The notes below the pieces were generated by a model. The model searched no databases. It saw only the letters and a program-made list of their open reading frames with translations, and was not told the DNA's origin. 64,000 bases of DNA. Origin: an uncultured Thermoplasmatales archaeon. Its GTDB lineage: Archaea; Thermoplasmatota; E2; DHVEG-1. Shown here piece after piece: positions 20,684 through 29,472 of this stretch; position 1 is the stretch's first letter; each line of letters opens with the position of its first letter. The position numbers and the translations under genes are program-made. The stretch lies in contig CAZUBH010000001.1 of assembly GCA_964618505.1 (NCBI GenBank), forward strand, positions 31,567-95,566. Direction: 5' to 3'.

Positions 20684-21331
20684 ATGAAAATTTGGGATAA
20701 AAAAGAAGAATCCATTTCATCTAAATATATTAAAAGAGAAAAAAAGCCTGAAAAAACAATAAAAGATAAAATTAAATTTAATTTTGTACCTATAATTTTT
20801 ATATCTTATGCCTTAATCATCTTAATAATTTTATTAGCAATATTTGTTATCTCAAATTTACCTGAAAATAATGGTAATGAAGAAGAACAAAATATAGTTA
20901 CAATGACTGCAAAACAATATTTTGAACAAATAAAAGTTGATACAGACTGGAGCACGTTTTTCAGATTAAAATTGCAATCCCTGGATGAGGGACAGACTCT
21001 ATCTATAAATGATAGTTTGTCTAATATATCTTACAGTAATGAATATAATTATTCAACTATTACTTTTTCATTTTATAAAAGCGGATTCCAAGAGTCGTTA
21101 TCATTTGATATAGAAGGAAATGTAAGTGAAGAATTTAATAAATTTGATAAAGTAAACTTAACTGTTAATATCATTCATAAAATATTTACATATGAGGGAA
21201 TTGAATACGATATAGAAATTTTCAAACAACAATGGACTAGCAAAGATGAATTTTTACTGAATTTCTCACCAATAATAGGAAAATTTGGCTTACCACTTCC
21301 AAAAAATGTTTTGAGAAAATCACAAAATTAA
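20684..21331 (+). CDS. Single-pass membrane protein, hypothetical
   Basis: N-terminal TM and beta-rich ectodomain. Confidence 0.7.
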   Translation: MKIWDKKEESISSKYIKREKKPEKTIKDKIKFNFVPIIFISYALIILIILLAIFVISNLPENNGNEEEQNIVTMTAKQYFEQIKVDTDWSTFFRLKLQSLDEGQTLSINDSLSNISYSNEYNYSTITFSFYKSGFQESLSFDIEGNVSEEFNKFDKVNLTVNIIHKIFTYEGIEYDIEIFKQQWTSKDEFLLNFSPIIGKFGLPLPKNVLRKSQN

Positions 21332-23229
21332 TTTCTTTTTATAAACAAAAAGGATATTATTGTTGTTATAAACAATACAACTAAAAAAACTAATATTTTG
21401 TTAATTAATATGCTTTCTCTTATTATCTCGTCATCCTGTTGGATATTATCTGTTGAATTCTCATATTTATTTTCTTTCATAATCAATTCACTTTGTGAAA
21501 AAGCAGTATTTAATTTTTTAAATCCAGAAAAATTATTAGTTTCTAATAATCTTTTACCACTATCAAATAACTCTTCAATTTTTGATGTATTTTTATCAAG
21601 AACTTTTACTAATTCTATTTGTGAAAAGCAGATATTTTCATAAATTTCAATAATCTTTTCTTTTATATCTTTGCTTATATCTTGGTTATAGATAACAATT
21701 TCCATCAAATTTAAAGATTGTGAGTAATTGCCTTTCCATATGTTTTTAATAATGCCAATTGTTTTTTGCCTTTTTGCCATGGGCTCTTTGCAAGCTTCCA
21801 ATAATATTTGTTGCGTTAGCATAGCTTGTTTTTGCATTCCCATATCAATTATTGTAAAAAAATTTTTGATTTTTGAAGATTCACTGATATTTTTTAAAGC
21901 AATTTTTTCAAATTTTTTAGTTTCTTTTAAAAAAACTTCTTCAACATTTGAAAAAAAATCAATTAATTCTTCATGTTCAAACTTTTCAAGTAATTTCATT
22001 GATGTTTCAGCTGCAAAACCAGTTTTGTAAGGCTCATAAATATCTAAATCGCAAATATGTATTGGCACATAAATAGAAGAGCATGGATGATTTGCTGCAA
22101 ACCAACCTGTGGAAAGAATTTGATAATTATCTTCAGGAATTTTAAAAATCATTGCAGATTCATAAGGAAAAATATGCTCACACATTGGTCTAAGTCCGTC
22201 TAGATCTTCTTTATGAAGTCTAGACCAGTTAATCATATCTTTAACATCTATTGAGCCGTATCTTAATTGGATAAGCTCATTTAATTTATCTTCCCAGGCT
22301 TTGAAATGATATTTAACTGATATTTTTGCTTTATTTTCTGTAATTTCTAAAAGTTTAACACTATAATCACCAACAGTTTTTCTTTCTCCAATAATTATTT
22401 TCGTAGAATCGCCAATCAATTTTATTCCATTGCCGTATTCAAAAAATGGAATCATTCTAATGTAAATTTTATCTTTTTCAATGTTTGTAATTCTTACGCC
22501 AAACAAAGAATTTAATCTAAGGCTCATTCCTTCTCTGACAAATTTTTCTTTTTCAATACCAAAAGAAGATGCAATAGGTAATTTCCCTATAATTTGTGTT
22601 TTCCAAAGATTTTTTGGATAATTTGACATAACTAGAGTATCTTGAATCTCTTCAACATTATATCTATAAGCATCAGCTTCTATTAGAAATGATTTTTTTG
22701 GTCCAACTACAAAAAGATTTTCAGAAACACCTGTAGCATGCATCTGATCTACTAAATCATTTGTTAATAAATTAACAGCTTCATCTTCTGTTTTAGCCTT
22801 TTCACATGCATATCTTATCCAATCAAAATCATCCCACGCATTTGAACTTGGATTGACCCATCTAGAATTTGTATCAGCATCCCCAAAAGATATACCCATA
22901 TCATTCATTGCCATTCCAGCTTTTACAATATTGGGAATGGTGTCTCCCTTGGTTGCAATTCCAATATATTTTCTTTCAGTAATAAATTCTAATTCTCTTC
23001 CAGTCCAAGGATGTTGATAAATATAATTATAATTTTTAGGAACTATGCACAAAACTTGAATACCAGGCCTGCTAGGATCTCTTATTTTTAAAAGTAAATT
23101 GTAATTACCTGCTGTTGAATTGCCAACAGCCACTATATCTTTACATCCAGAAATTCTTATTGTAAGAAAAAGATTTAAGAACAGTATAAAAAAAATCGTT
23201 AAGCAGATAATCTTTTTCTTTTTATTCAT
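21328..23229 (-). CDS. Secreted, C-terminally anchored Ntn-hydrolase (C69/C45-like peptidase)
   Basis: Signal peptide then CKDIVAVGNSTAGNYNLLLKIRD (N-terminal Cys nucleophile pattern), AGMAMNDMG, SSIYVP and a C-terminal TM. Confidence 0.65.
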   Translation of the reverse strand: MNKKKKIICLTIFFILFLNLFLTIRISGCKDIVAVGNSTAGNYNLLLKIRDPSRPGIQVLCIVPKNYNYIYQHPWTGRELEFITERKYIGIATKGDTIPNIVKAGMAMNDMGISFGDADTNSRWVNPSSNAWDDFDWIRYACEKAKTEDEAVNLLTNDLVDQMHATGVSENLFVVGPKKSFLIEADAYRYNVEEIQDTLVMSNYPKNLWKTQIIGKLPIASSFGIEKEKFVREGMSLRLNSLFGVRITNIEKDKIYIRMIPFFEYGNGIKLIGDSTKIIIGERKTVGDYSVKLLEITENKAKISVKYHFKAWEDKLNELIQLRYGSIDVKDMINWSRLHKEDLDGLRPMCEHIFPYESAMIFKIPEDNYQILSTGWFAANHPCSSIYVPIHICDLDIYEPYKTGFAAETSMKLLEKFEHEELIDFFSNVEEVFLKETKKFEKIALKNISESSKIKNFFTIIDMGMQKQAMLTQQILLEACKEPMAKRQKTIGIIKNIWKGNYSQSLNLMEIVIYNQDISKDIKEKIIEIYENICFSQIELVKVLDKNTSKIEELFDSGKRLLETNNFSGFKKLNTAFSQSELIMKENKYENSTDNIQQDDEIIRESILINKILVFLVVLFITTIISFLFIKRN

Positions 23230-23286
23230 AGATTAGCTGCAATATATTTATTATCTTATAAATATATTATGTTAGACTAAAATATT

Positions 23287-24114
23287 CTATTTTTTCTTCT
23301 TTGTTGTTTTTTTAGTTTTTTCCTTTTTAGGTTTTTTTTCAGTTTTCTTTTTGGTCGAGGTCTTTTTTGTTTTAGATTGTTTTTTCTCTGTTACTTTTTT
23401 GCCTTTCTTTTCTTTTTCTTCTACTTTTTTGTCTTTTGTTTCTTTAGATTCTATTTCTTTTTTTTCAGGCTCTTCTTTTTCTTCTTCTTTCTTTTTTGGC
23501 TTTTCTTCCATTTGTATGGTTGGCTGTCTTAAAACCTCTGTTTTGAATATTTCAACTCTTTTTACTGGATACAAGCTTTTACAATTTTTGTAAATTTCAC
23601 TTCCAATTTTTCCATCAAGAGCATCAATTAAAAATTCATTTAGTGTTTTTACTTTTCCTTCTTGAGTTATTGTATTTTTCATTGTACTTCTTATCATTTT
23701 TTTCTGAGAGTTTTGTATGCGCCTATCTGTGATTGAGAATGGTTTCACTCTTACATAAGCGCCATCTTTTGTTTCAATGTCGTATACTCCATCAATCCTT
23801 GATTTTCTTCTTCTAACCATCCTTCTTATATAATCGGATGTTAATGAATGACCATCAAATTGTGTCATTGCATTTCCATCTTTAATTTCGTGAATTTTAA
23901 AAAATAATTTGATATGGGACTTTCTAAAATCGTTAGTAATGTCTTGCATTGATACTTCTGTTACTCTTCCAATTAAATTTTCAGGTTTTTCAGATAATGT
24001 TTCAGATACAGGAATGCTATCAAATAATGTTGGAGACATTACTTGATACCAACTTTTTGCTTTCCACTTATCCTTTACTCTTCTTGCAGCTGATCTTGCT
24101 CTTGCTTTTGCCAT
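23287..24114 (-). CDS. rps3ae: 30S ribosomal protein S3Ae with K/E-rich C-terminal tail
   Basis: RRVKDKWKAKSWY, GHSLTSDYIRRMVRR and LYPVKRVEIFK. Confidence 0.95.
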   Translation of the reverse strand: MAKARARSAARRVKDKWKAKSWYQVMSPTLFDSIPVSETLSEKPENLIGRVTEVSMQDITNDFRKSHIKLFFKIHEIKDGNAMTQFDGHSLTSDYIRRMVRRRKSRIDGVYDIETKDGAYVRVKPFSITDRRIQNSQKKMIRSTMKNTITQEGKVKTLNEFLIDALDGKIGSEIYKNCKSLYPVKRVEIFKTEVLRQPTIQMEEKPKKKEEEKEEPEKKEIESKETKDKKVEEKEKKGKKVTEKKQSKTKKTSTKKKTEKKPKKEKTKKTTKKKK

Positions 24115-24213
24115 GATTATCACTTATTTTATAATAATTTTATAGTAAGATTTTAGGAGTAATGAAGTTCTTATATTAAAATATACTGGCACATATTATT
24201 GAAAAAACAATTT

Positions 24214-24939
24214 TTATTTTATTCCTTCCCATGTTTCTGCAAAATTATCTACGATTGTATCTATTTGATACTCTCTTAGAATATTTTTTACCTTTTTAAC
24301 ATCTTTTATTAAATATCCTTCATTTTCTCCAGATATTGGAGATATTACAATTCCACTTTTAACAAGTTTATTTAAATGATATGATAAAGCAGATGTTGAA
24401 ATGTCCAAAAAATTAGCAATGTCTTTATGCCTTGAATTTGGATTTTTTAATAAAAATAAAATAATTTTAAGAGGTATTTCCTGTCTTAATAAAGATATCA
24501 ATCTTTTGTCTAAAACTCCTATGTCGTCTTCAAAAATATAGTATCTTTTATATCCTTTTTCTTTACTAATTATTAACAATCCATCCTTTTGCATGCTTCT
24601 AAGGTGGTATTCAGCAAGTGATATTCTTATATTTAAAATTTGACTAATTTTACTTAAATGAAGGCCAGGATTTTGTGATATTACATCGTAAATTTTCCTT
24701 CTTAATTTAAAACTTCTAAAATCTCTCATGCCTGGTTTTAAACTGTCTAAAAAATATCTATTTAACTTTTCATCTTTAATTGAAGTAATAAGCCCATCCT
24801 TTTGCATTAATTGAAGATGATTTAAAATAATAGAGATTTTTTGATTTACCTTCTGAGCAATTTCTGTTAGAGTAATGCCTGGATTTTTTGAGATTATGTT
24901 GTATATTTTTCTTTGTATTTCTAGCTCGAGAAATCTCAT
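24214..24939 (-). CDS. Triple winged-HTH transcriptional regulator (COG3398-like)
   Basis: Three HTH repeats: RKIYNIISKNPG, RKIYDVISQNPG and LFLLKNPNS...LSYHL. Confidence 0.85.
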   Translation of the reverse strand: MRFLELEIQRKIYNIISKNPGITLTEIAQKVNQKISIILNHLQLMQKDGLITSIKDEKLNRYFLDSLKPGMRDFRSFKLRRKIYDVISQNPGLHLSKISQILNIRISLAEYHLRSMQKDGLLIISKEKGYKRYYIFEDDIGVLDKRLISLLRQEIPLKIILFLLKNPNSRHKDIANFLDISTSALSYHLNKLVKSGIVISPISGENEGYLIKDVKKVKNILREYQIDTIVDNFAETWEGIK

Positions 24940-24942
24940 AGG

Positions 24943-25209
24943 TTATCTCTTAAGAGTGGCTATAAATAGCAAAATTAGTATTATCAAATCAAAAATACCA
25001 ATCAAAAAAATAGAATTCAAGGAAAATATTTCAATTTCAAATAAAGCCAAACTAAGTAAAATGCCTTTTATTAAAAATATTAAAAAAACTAAGCTTACAA
25101 ATAACAATTTTAAATTTTTGTATTTTTTATAACTTGCAATAGATACAACAAACAATCCTACGGAAAATATTGTAATAAATGCACTAATTATTATTTCATA
25201 AATCTCCAT
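24943..25209 (-). CDS. Small 3-TM membrane protein coupled to the regulator
   Basis: Three hydrophobic helices, 3 bp upstream of the HTH gene. Confidence 0.8.
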   Translation of the reverse strand: MEIYEIIISAFITIFSVGLFVVSIASYKKYKNLKLLFVSLVFLIFLIKGILLSLALFEIEIFSLNSIFLIGIFDLIILILLFIATLKR

Positions 25210-25249
25210 TCAACTCACCTCAATATGTAAAACTAAATCTATAATATAA

Positions 25250-27193
25250 TTATTGTCTTTTTATTTTCTTTTTGAAATGATTTATGTAGACAGGGTGGGT
25301 AAATATTCTTGAAAGAAAGATAATTATAGCAACAATACATGATATAAAAAACAAAATAACCAATATAATATTATCAACCTTATCAGTTTTTAAAATTGAA
25401 GAAATAGTTACAGTATGATAACTAAAGTGTGGAATGTAAACCAAACAATACATTACATTATCATCAGTTAGTATTCTAGCATATTTTGATTCATTTTCTT
25501 CTTCAGATAAACTTAATAATTCAACAAATCTCACTTTTTCGATAATTTCATCATCAAAATAAACTTTAACATCTTTAAATTCAATATTGTTTGAAATTCT
25601 CAAAGCAACAATTGTATTGGATAGTTCTTCAGAATCAATTTGGAAGGTAAATTGCTTGTCAACAAGTTTGACATCAGTTATGTTTAGATTTTGATACAAT
25701 TTAATGTCATAATTATTATCAACAAGTTCTAAATTTATTTCTCCACCAACTTTATCTGAAGAAATTCCTGCTTCAATAGTAGCTTCAACTACATCCTTAT
25801 TATTTCCTATTTCATATATATCTTTTTGAGGCGACATTTCAATTAATATAAAATTTTTATTTACGGCCATATTTTTTTTAACTTCTACATTTTTTTCATT
25901 TGCATTTTCAAAACCAGGTTTTGAAATGGTCATGTTGTATGTGCCTATGGGGGCATAAATGCTATATAATCCATTTTCTGCAAAATAACAATTACTAATC
26001 TTTTCTCCAGTTAAAGCAATACAAATATTAGCATTATCTATTACATTTCCATTCTCTTTTTCCACCTCTCCATATATCCAACCTTTTGGTTCTTTTTCAA
26101 CAATATTTTTTACTTGTATTTGGATATTAAAACTCTCAAATCCTTCCTTAGTTATCATGATTAAAAAACTTATATCTTCGTCAATATCAGGAGATTGAAA
26201 GTTTACCAAACCTTGTGAATTTGTATTTTTTGCAATATTATTGAATTCAACAGTTGCATCTTGGACTAGATCACCATTATTCTTATTTTTTACAAGAACT
26301 GTGAAATTTTCATTTTCATCAATTATCGATTCTACATTAATTTCAAATTTTTCCAATTCAGGATTAGGTTGGGATATTTTGATTTTTAGTGGATCAGACC
26401 AACTACTTTCTAGTCCTGAATTATCAATAGCTTTTACCCTGATATCATAATCTCCTGGAATTTCCCATGAATAACTTTCTACAACAGGGGATTTTGAAGT
26501 TACTGATTCGCCCCATTCACTAAAATTCCCGTCCCCCCAATCCCATTTTAAACTCAATTCTTCATAATCAGGTTCTATTGCTAAAGAGCTAAAATAATAA
26601 GTTTGACCAACGATTCCATTTTTAGACCCCTGAGGCTTAGTGGGTGTTTGTGGAGCTTCATTTTCAGATTCGATGATATCATTAAACAGAGCAACGTCAT
26701 TGAAATTTACTGATAAATCTTTATTTATATCTGCAGCACGCCAATTATAATCAGGATATATGTAGAGGTACTCTTCCTCTGTTTTTTGTAATGCATCTAA
26801 GAATGGAGAAACATCTAAATTATTTACATCGTTATCATTATTTACATCTCCTAAACGAGTAATTATAACATCTAAAACTGGCGACCACTCGCTTTCCTCT
26901 GCAGGATTTCTAACCTTCATTTTAACATTATACTGACCATATTCATTCCAAGAATGATTTGCTAAATATCCAAAAAACCATCCAGAATCAGTACCATCGC
27001 CCCAATCAAATAAAAACTCTACTTTTTCTGCATACATATTTGTTGGACGATACTGATATGTTTCTGAAATTATGCCTCTTGATACTCCTTCCGGACGATC
27101 GGGTGTTGAAATTGCAATAATAGAATTTGAAGTAAAGATGGGAACTAAAAATAAAAAACTAATTAAAAATGCCAAGTTTTTTGTTAATCTCAT
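25250..27193 (-). CDS. Cell-surface protein: PKD - dockerin - PKD - Ig/carboxypeptidase-regulatory-like domains - C-terminal TM
   Basis: Signal peptide; FDWGDG and WDWGDG PKD motifs; dockerin GDVNNDNDVNNLD...AADINKDLSVNFND; YIPHFS followed by a TM. Confidence 0.8.
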   Translation of the reverse strand: MRLTKNLAFLISFLFLVPIFTSNSIIAISTPDRPEGVSRGIISETYQYRPTNMYAEKVEFLFDWGDGTDSGWFFGYLANHSWNEYGQYNVKMKVRNPAEESEWSPVLDVIITRLGDVNNDNDVNNLDVSPFLDALQKTEEEYLYIYPDYNWRAADINKDLSVNFNDVALFNDIIESENEAPQTPTKPQGSKNGIVGQTYYFSSLAIEPDYEELSLKWDWGDGNFSEWGESVTSKSPVVESYSWEIPGDYDIRVKAIDNSGLESSWSDPLKIKISQPNPELEKFEINVESIIDENENFTVLVKNKNNGDLVQDATVEFNNIAKNTNSQGLVNFQSPDIDEDISFLIMITKEGFESFNIQIQVKNIVEKEPKGWIYGEVEKENGNVIDNANICIALTGEKISNCYFAENGLYSIYAPIGTYNMTISKPGFENANEKNVEVKKNMAVNKNFILIEMSPQKDIYEIGNNKDVVEATIEAGISSDKVGGEINLELVDNNYDIKLYQNLNITDVKLVDKQFTFQIDSEELSNTIVALRISNNIEFKDVKVYFDDEIIEKVRFVELLSLSEEENESKYARILTDDNVMYCLVYIPHFSYHTVTISSILKTDKVDNIILVILFFISCIVAIIIFLSRIFTHPVYINHFKKKIKRQ

Positions 27194-27236
27194 TTCTCCT
27201 CAATCGTATTTAGTTTTATTATTTATAAATAGTTTT

Positions 27237-27255
27237 TTGGAAGATTTTTGAGTAA
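27237..27255 (-). promoter_or_regulatory. 19-bp motif immediately upstream of the TATA box of the 27193 gene
   Basis: TTGGAAGATTTTTGAGTAA (+ strand) matches four copies at 30976-31146. TTTATAAA lies just downstream on the minus strand. Confidence 0.65.
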
Positions 27256-27276
27256 ATTTAATAAAATTTGCTATAA

Positions 27277-28311
27277 TTAGATATCGAATAGTCTTGTAAA
27301 ACTCTTGATATCATCAAAATCTACATGACCATTTTGATTACAATCTGCTGCTATCCAGCAATAATAATTGGGATAAAAATTATAAAAAACATCTTCTCCT
27401 TCAAGCGCTCGAATAAATGGTAGTATATCATCAAATTCCACAAAACCATTATTATCTAAATCTCCAAGTATATTAAAATCAAGATAGGAATTTGGATCAG
27501 TTCCCCCCAATATCTCAACATTATCATTTATACAATCGTTATCTGTATCATTGTCAAAGGGATTTGTATAGTAAACAAATAATTCTTGGTAGTCATCTAG
27601 CCCGTCTAAATCTCTGTCAAAATTTTGTAGTGTTTCTTCATCTTCTAAATTTAATATAATAAAAGAACTTTGATTTGGGCTATTAATCATTCTGGGAAAA
27701 CTACTGTATGTTTTTATTGTAAAGTTGTAAATCTCGTCTCCTTCAAAAGTCGCCATCTCGGTATTTGTTTCAAAAAAAGTTGTAGCCAAGGCAAAATTGT
27801 TTACGTAGCTATGAGAATAATCTGTATTTACAAAAACCCATTCATTCATATTATAATTATGTTCAGAAGAATTGCTGTATCCAAAACGATGAATGTTATG
27901 GGGTGGTGGTTCTCCTTCTGGGCCTTGATGAAGCATCCAACAGTGAAAATATATGTTTTCAACGATGTAGTTTCCAACATATGTGCCATTTTCAGAAAAA
28001 TGAAACAGTAAAAATGAATGACATCGGGTAATTTCACAGTCTTGACTTTGATTTCTTAAAATACTTCCTACATCAAGAATATTATTTTGATCGCAACCTC
28101 TGAGATAATATAGGCCATCAATAGAATCATACTCTAATGAATTTGTAAAAATTTCGTTAAAAAAATTTTTCTTATCATAAACATTCTGAACTTTTAGATT
28201 TGTATCATTTTCATTATTTAATGTTGAAAAGAAAATTAAATTAATTAAGATAATTATTAAAATAAAAGAAAAAATGGTTTTTGAATAGCAGATATTATTT
28301 CTTATTTTCAT
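27277..28311 (-). CDS. Secreted protein with Ca-binding DxDxDG repeats and C-terminal dockerin
   Basis: DRDLDGLDDYQE..TNPFDNDTDND and GDLDNNGFVEFDD...AADCNQNGHVDFDD. Confidence 0.8.
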   Translation of the reverse strand: MKIRNNICYSKTIFSFILIIILINLIFFSTLNNENDTNLKVQNVYDKKNFFNEIFTNSLEYDSIDGLYYLRGCDQNNILDVGSILRNQSQDCEITRCHSFLLFHFSENGTYVGNYIVENIYFHCWMLHQGPEGEPPPHNIHRFGYSNSSEHNYNMNEWVFVNTDYSHSYVNNFALATTFFETNTEMATFEGDEIYNFTIKTYSSFPRMINSPNQSSFIILNLEDEETLQNFDRDLDGLDDYQELFVYYTNPFDNDTDNDCINDNVEILGGTDPNSYLDFNILGDLDNNGFVEFDDILPFIRALEGEDVFYNFYPNYYCWIAADCNQNGHVDFDDIKSFTRLFDI

Positions 28312-28320
28312 AGATTATTC

Positions 28321-29430
28321 TTAATTCAAAAGTTTAATAAACTCGCCTACATCGTCAAAAGTCACTTGTCCATCAAGATTAATATCTGCTGCCCAATAAT
28401 TCCCATTTGGATATTTTTCATAGAAATAATCTTCTCCTTGTAGAGCTGTGATTAATGCTTGAATATCTTCAAAATTTATGGTTCCATCATTGTTTATGTC
28501 TCCGATATGAAATGGTGTGAAATATAGGGTTAATTCATATTCATCTATACAGAGATAATTACGTGCTAAACAATAATTTCTTAACACTCCTATATCGGCA
28601 GTGCCCATACTTTTATAAGTCACAATTAAAGAGTATTCGCCCGGGCTTATTGGAAAACAACGATTTTCATCTTCCCATTGATCGCATAACGCATACTTGT
28701 TATTCACAAAATAGAAATCTGAAAGTATAGTTTCTCCTTGTTCATTTACGATAGACCAACTTGCATCAACAATGGTATATCCTTTCCCTGTTTTTCCAGT
28801 TTGATAGATATAATATGAAGCATCGTCAACAACAATAAATGATTTTTGTACAAAAATAAAACCTTGATCAACTACTGTAAAAGGAACTATTATTTCAAGT
28901 GGTTCGACAAATTTTTCGTCATCTTGTACATAATTGTTTTTTCCTTCTGCTGCAGCAGAACTTGTACATGAAACTGCTCTAGCTTGTAAAGTAAACCAAT
29001 GTTGAGTTGATATTGAAGTATGGATAAACGTATTTGTCGCGTCCAAAGAAAAGGATTGCATGATATCGCTATCACTACTGGCTTCATAACATTCATCATC
29101 AACGTAGGCATCGGTATGCTGATACTTGATTACAGAAATATGATTTAAAGATTGACTAATAGGTTGATTAATATCGATATCGAATCCTTCTAACTCTTCA
29201 TCACTATAACCTTGATGAGTTTTCCAACTTGCTTTAGCATAAGTTGTGGATTTACATGAGATATTAATACTTTCTTCAGGATCATATTCTACTATATTGT
29301 TGAAAGAATTATTATTTGACATTTTAATGCCATGAACAATACAATCTGGCAAATAGACTTGAAAACTTATAATCAAAATAATACTAATAATTCCTATAAT
29401 GATATATTTTTCCTTTTTCATTTTATGCAT
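28321..29430 (-). CDS. Secreted protein with C-terminal dockerin
   Basis: Signal/TM and GDINNDGTINFED...AADINLDGQVTFDD. Confidence 0.8.
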   Translation of the reverse strand: MHKMKKEKYIIIGIISIILIISFQVYLPDCIVHGIKMSNNNSFNNIVEYDPEESINISCKSTTYAKASWKTHQGYSDEELEGFDIDINQPISQSLNHISVIKYQHTDAYVDDECYEASSDSDIMQSFSLDATNTFIHTSISTQHWFTLQARAVSCTSSAAAEGKNNYVQDDEKFVEPLEIIVPFTVVDQGFIFVQKSFIVVDDASYYIYQTGKTGKGYTIVDASWSIVNEQGETILSDFYFVNNKYALCDQWEDENRCFPISPGEYSLIVTYKSMGTADIGVLRNYCLARNYLCIDEYELTLYFTPFHIGDINNDGTINFEDIQALITALQGEDYFYEKYPNGNYWAADINLDGQVTFDDVGEFIKLLN

Positions 29431-29472
29431 CCCCTTACATATAAAAAATAAAAGAGTTTAGAGGTGAATACC

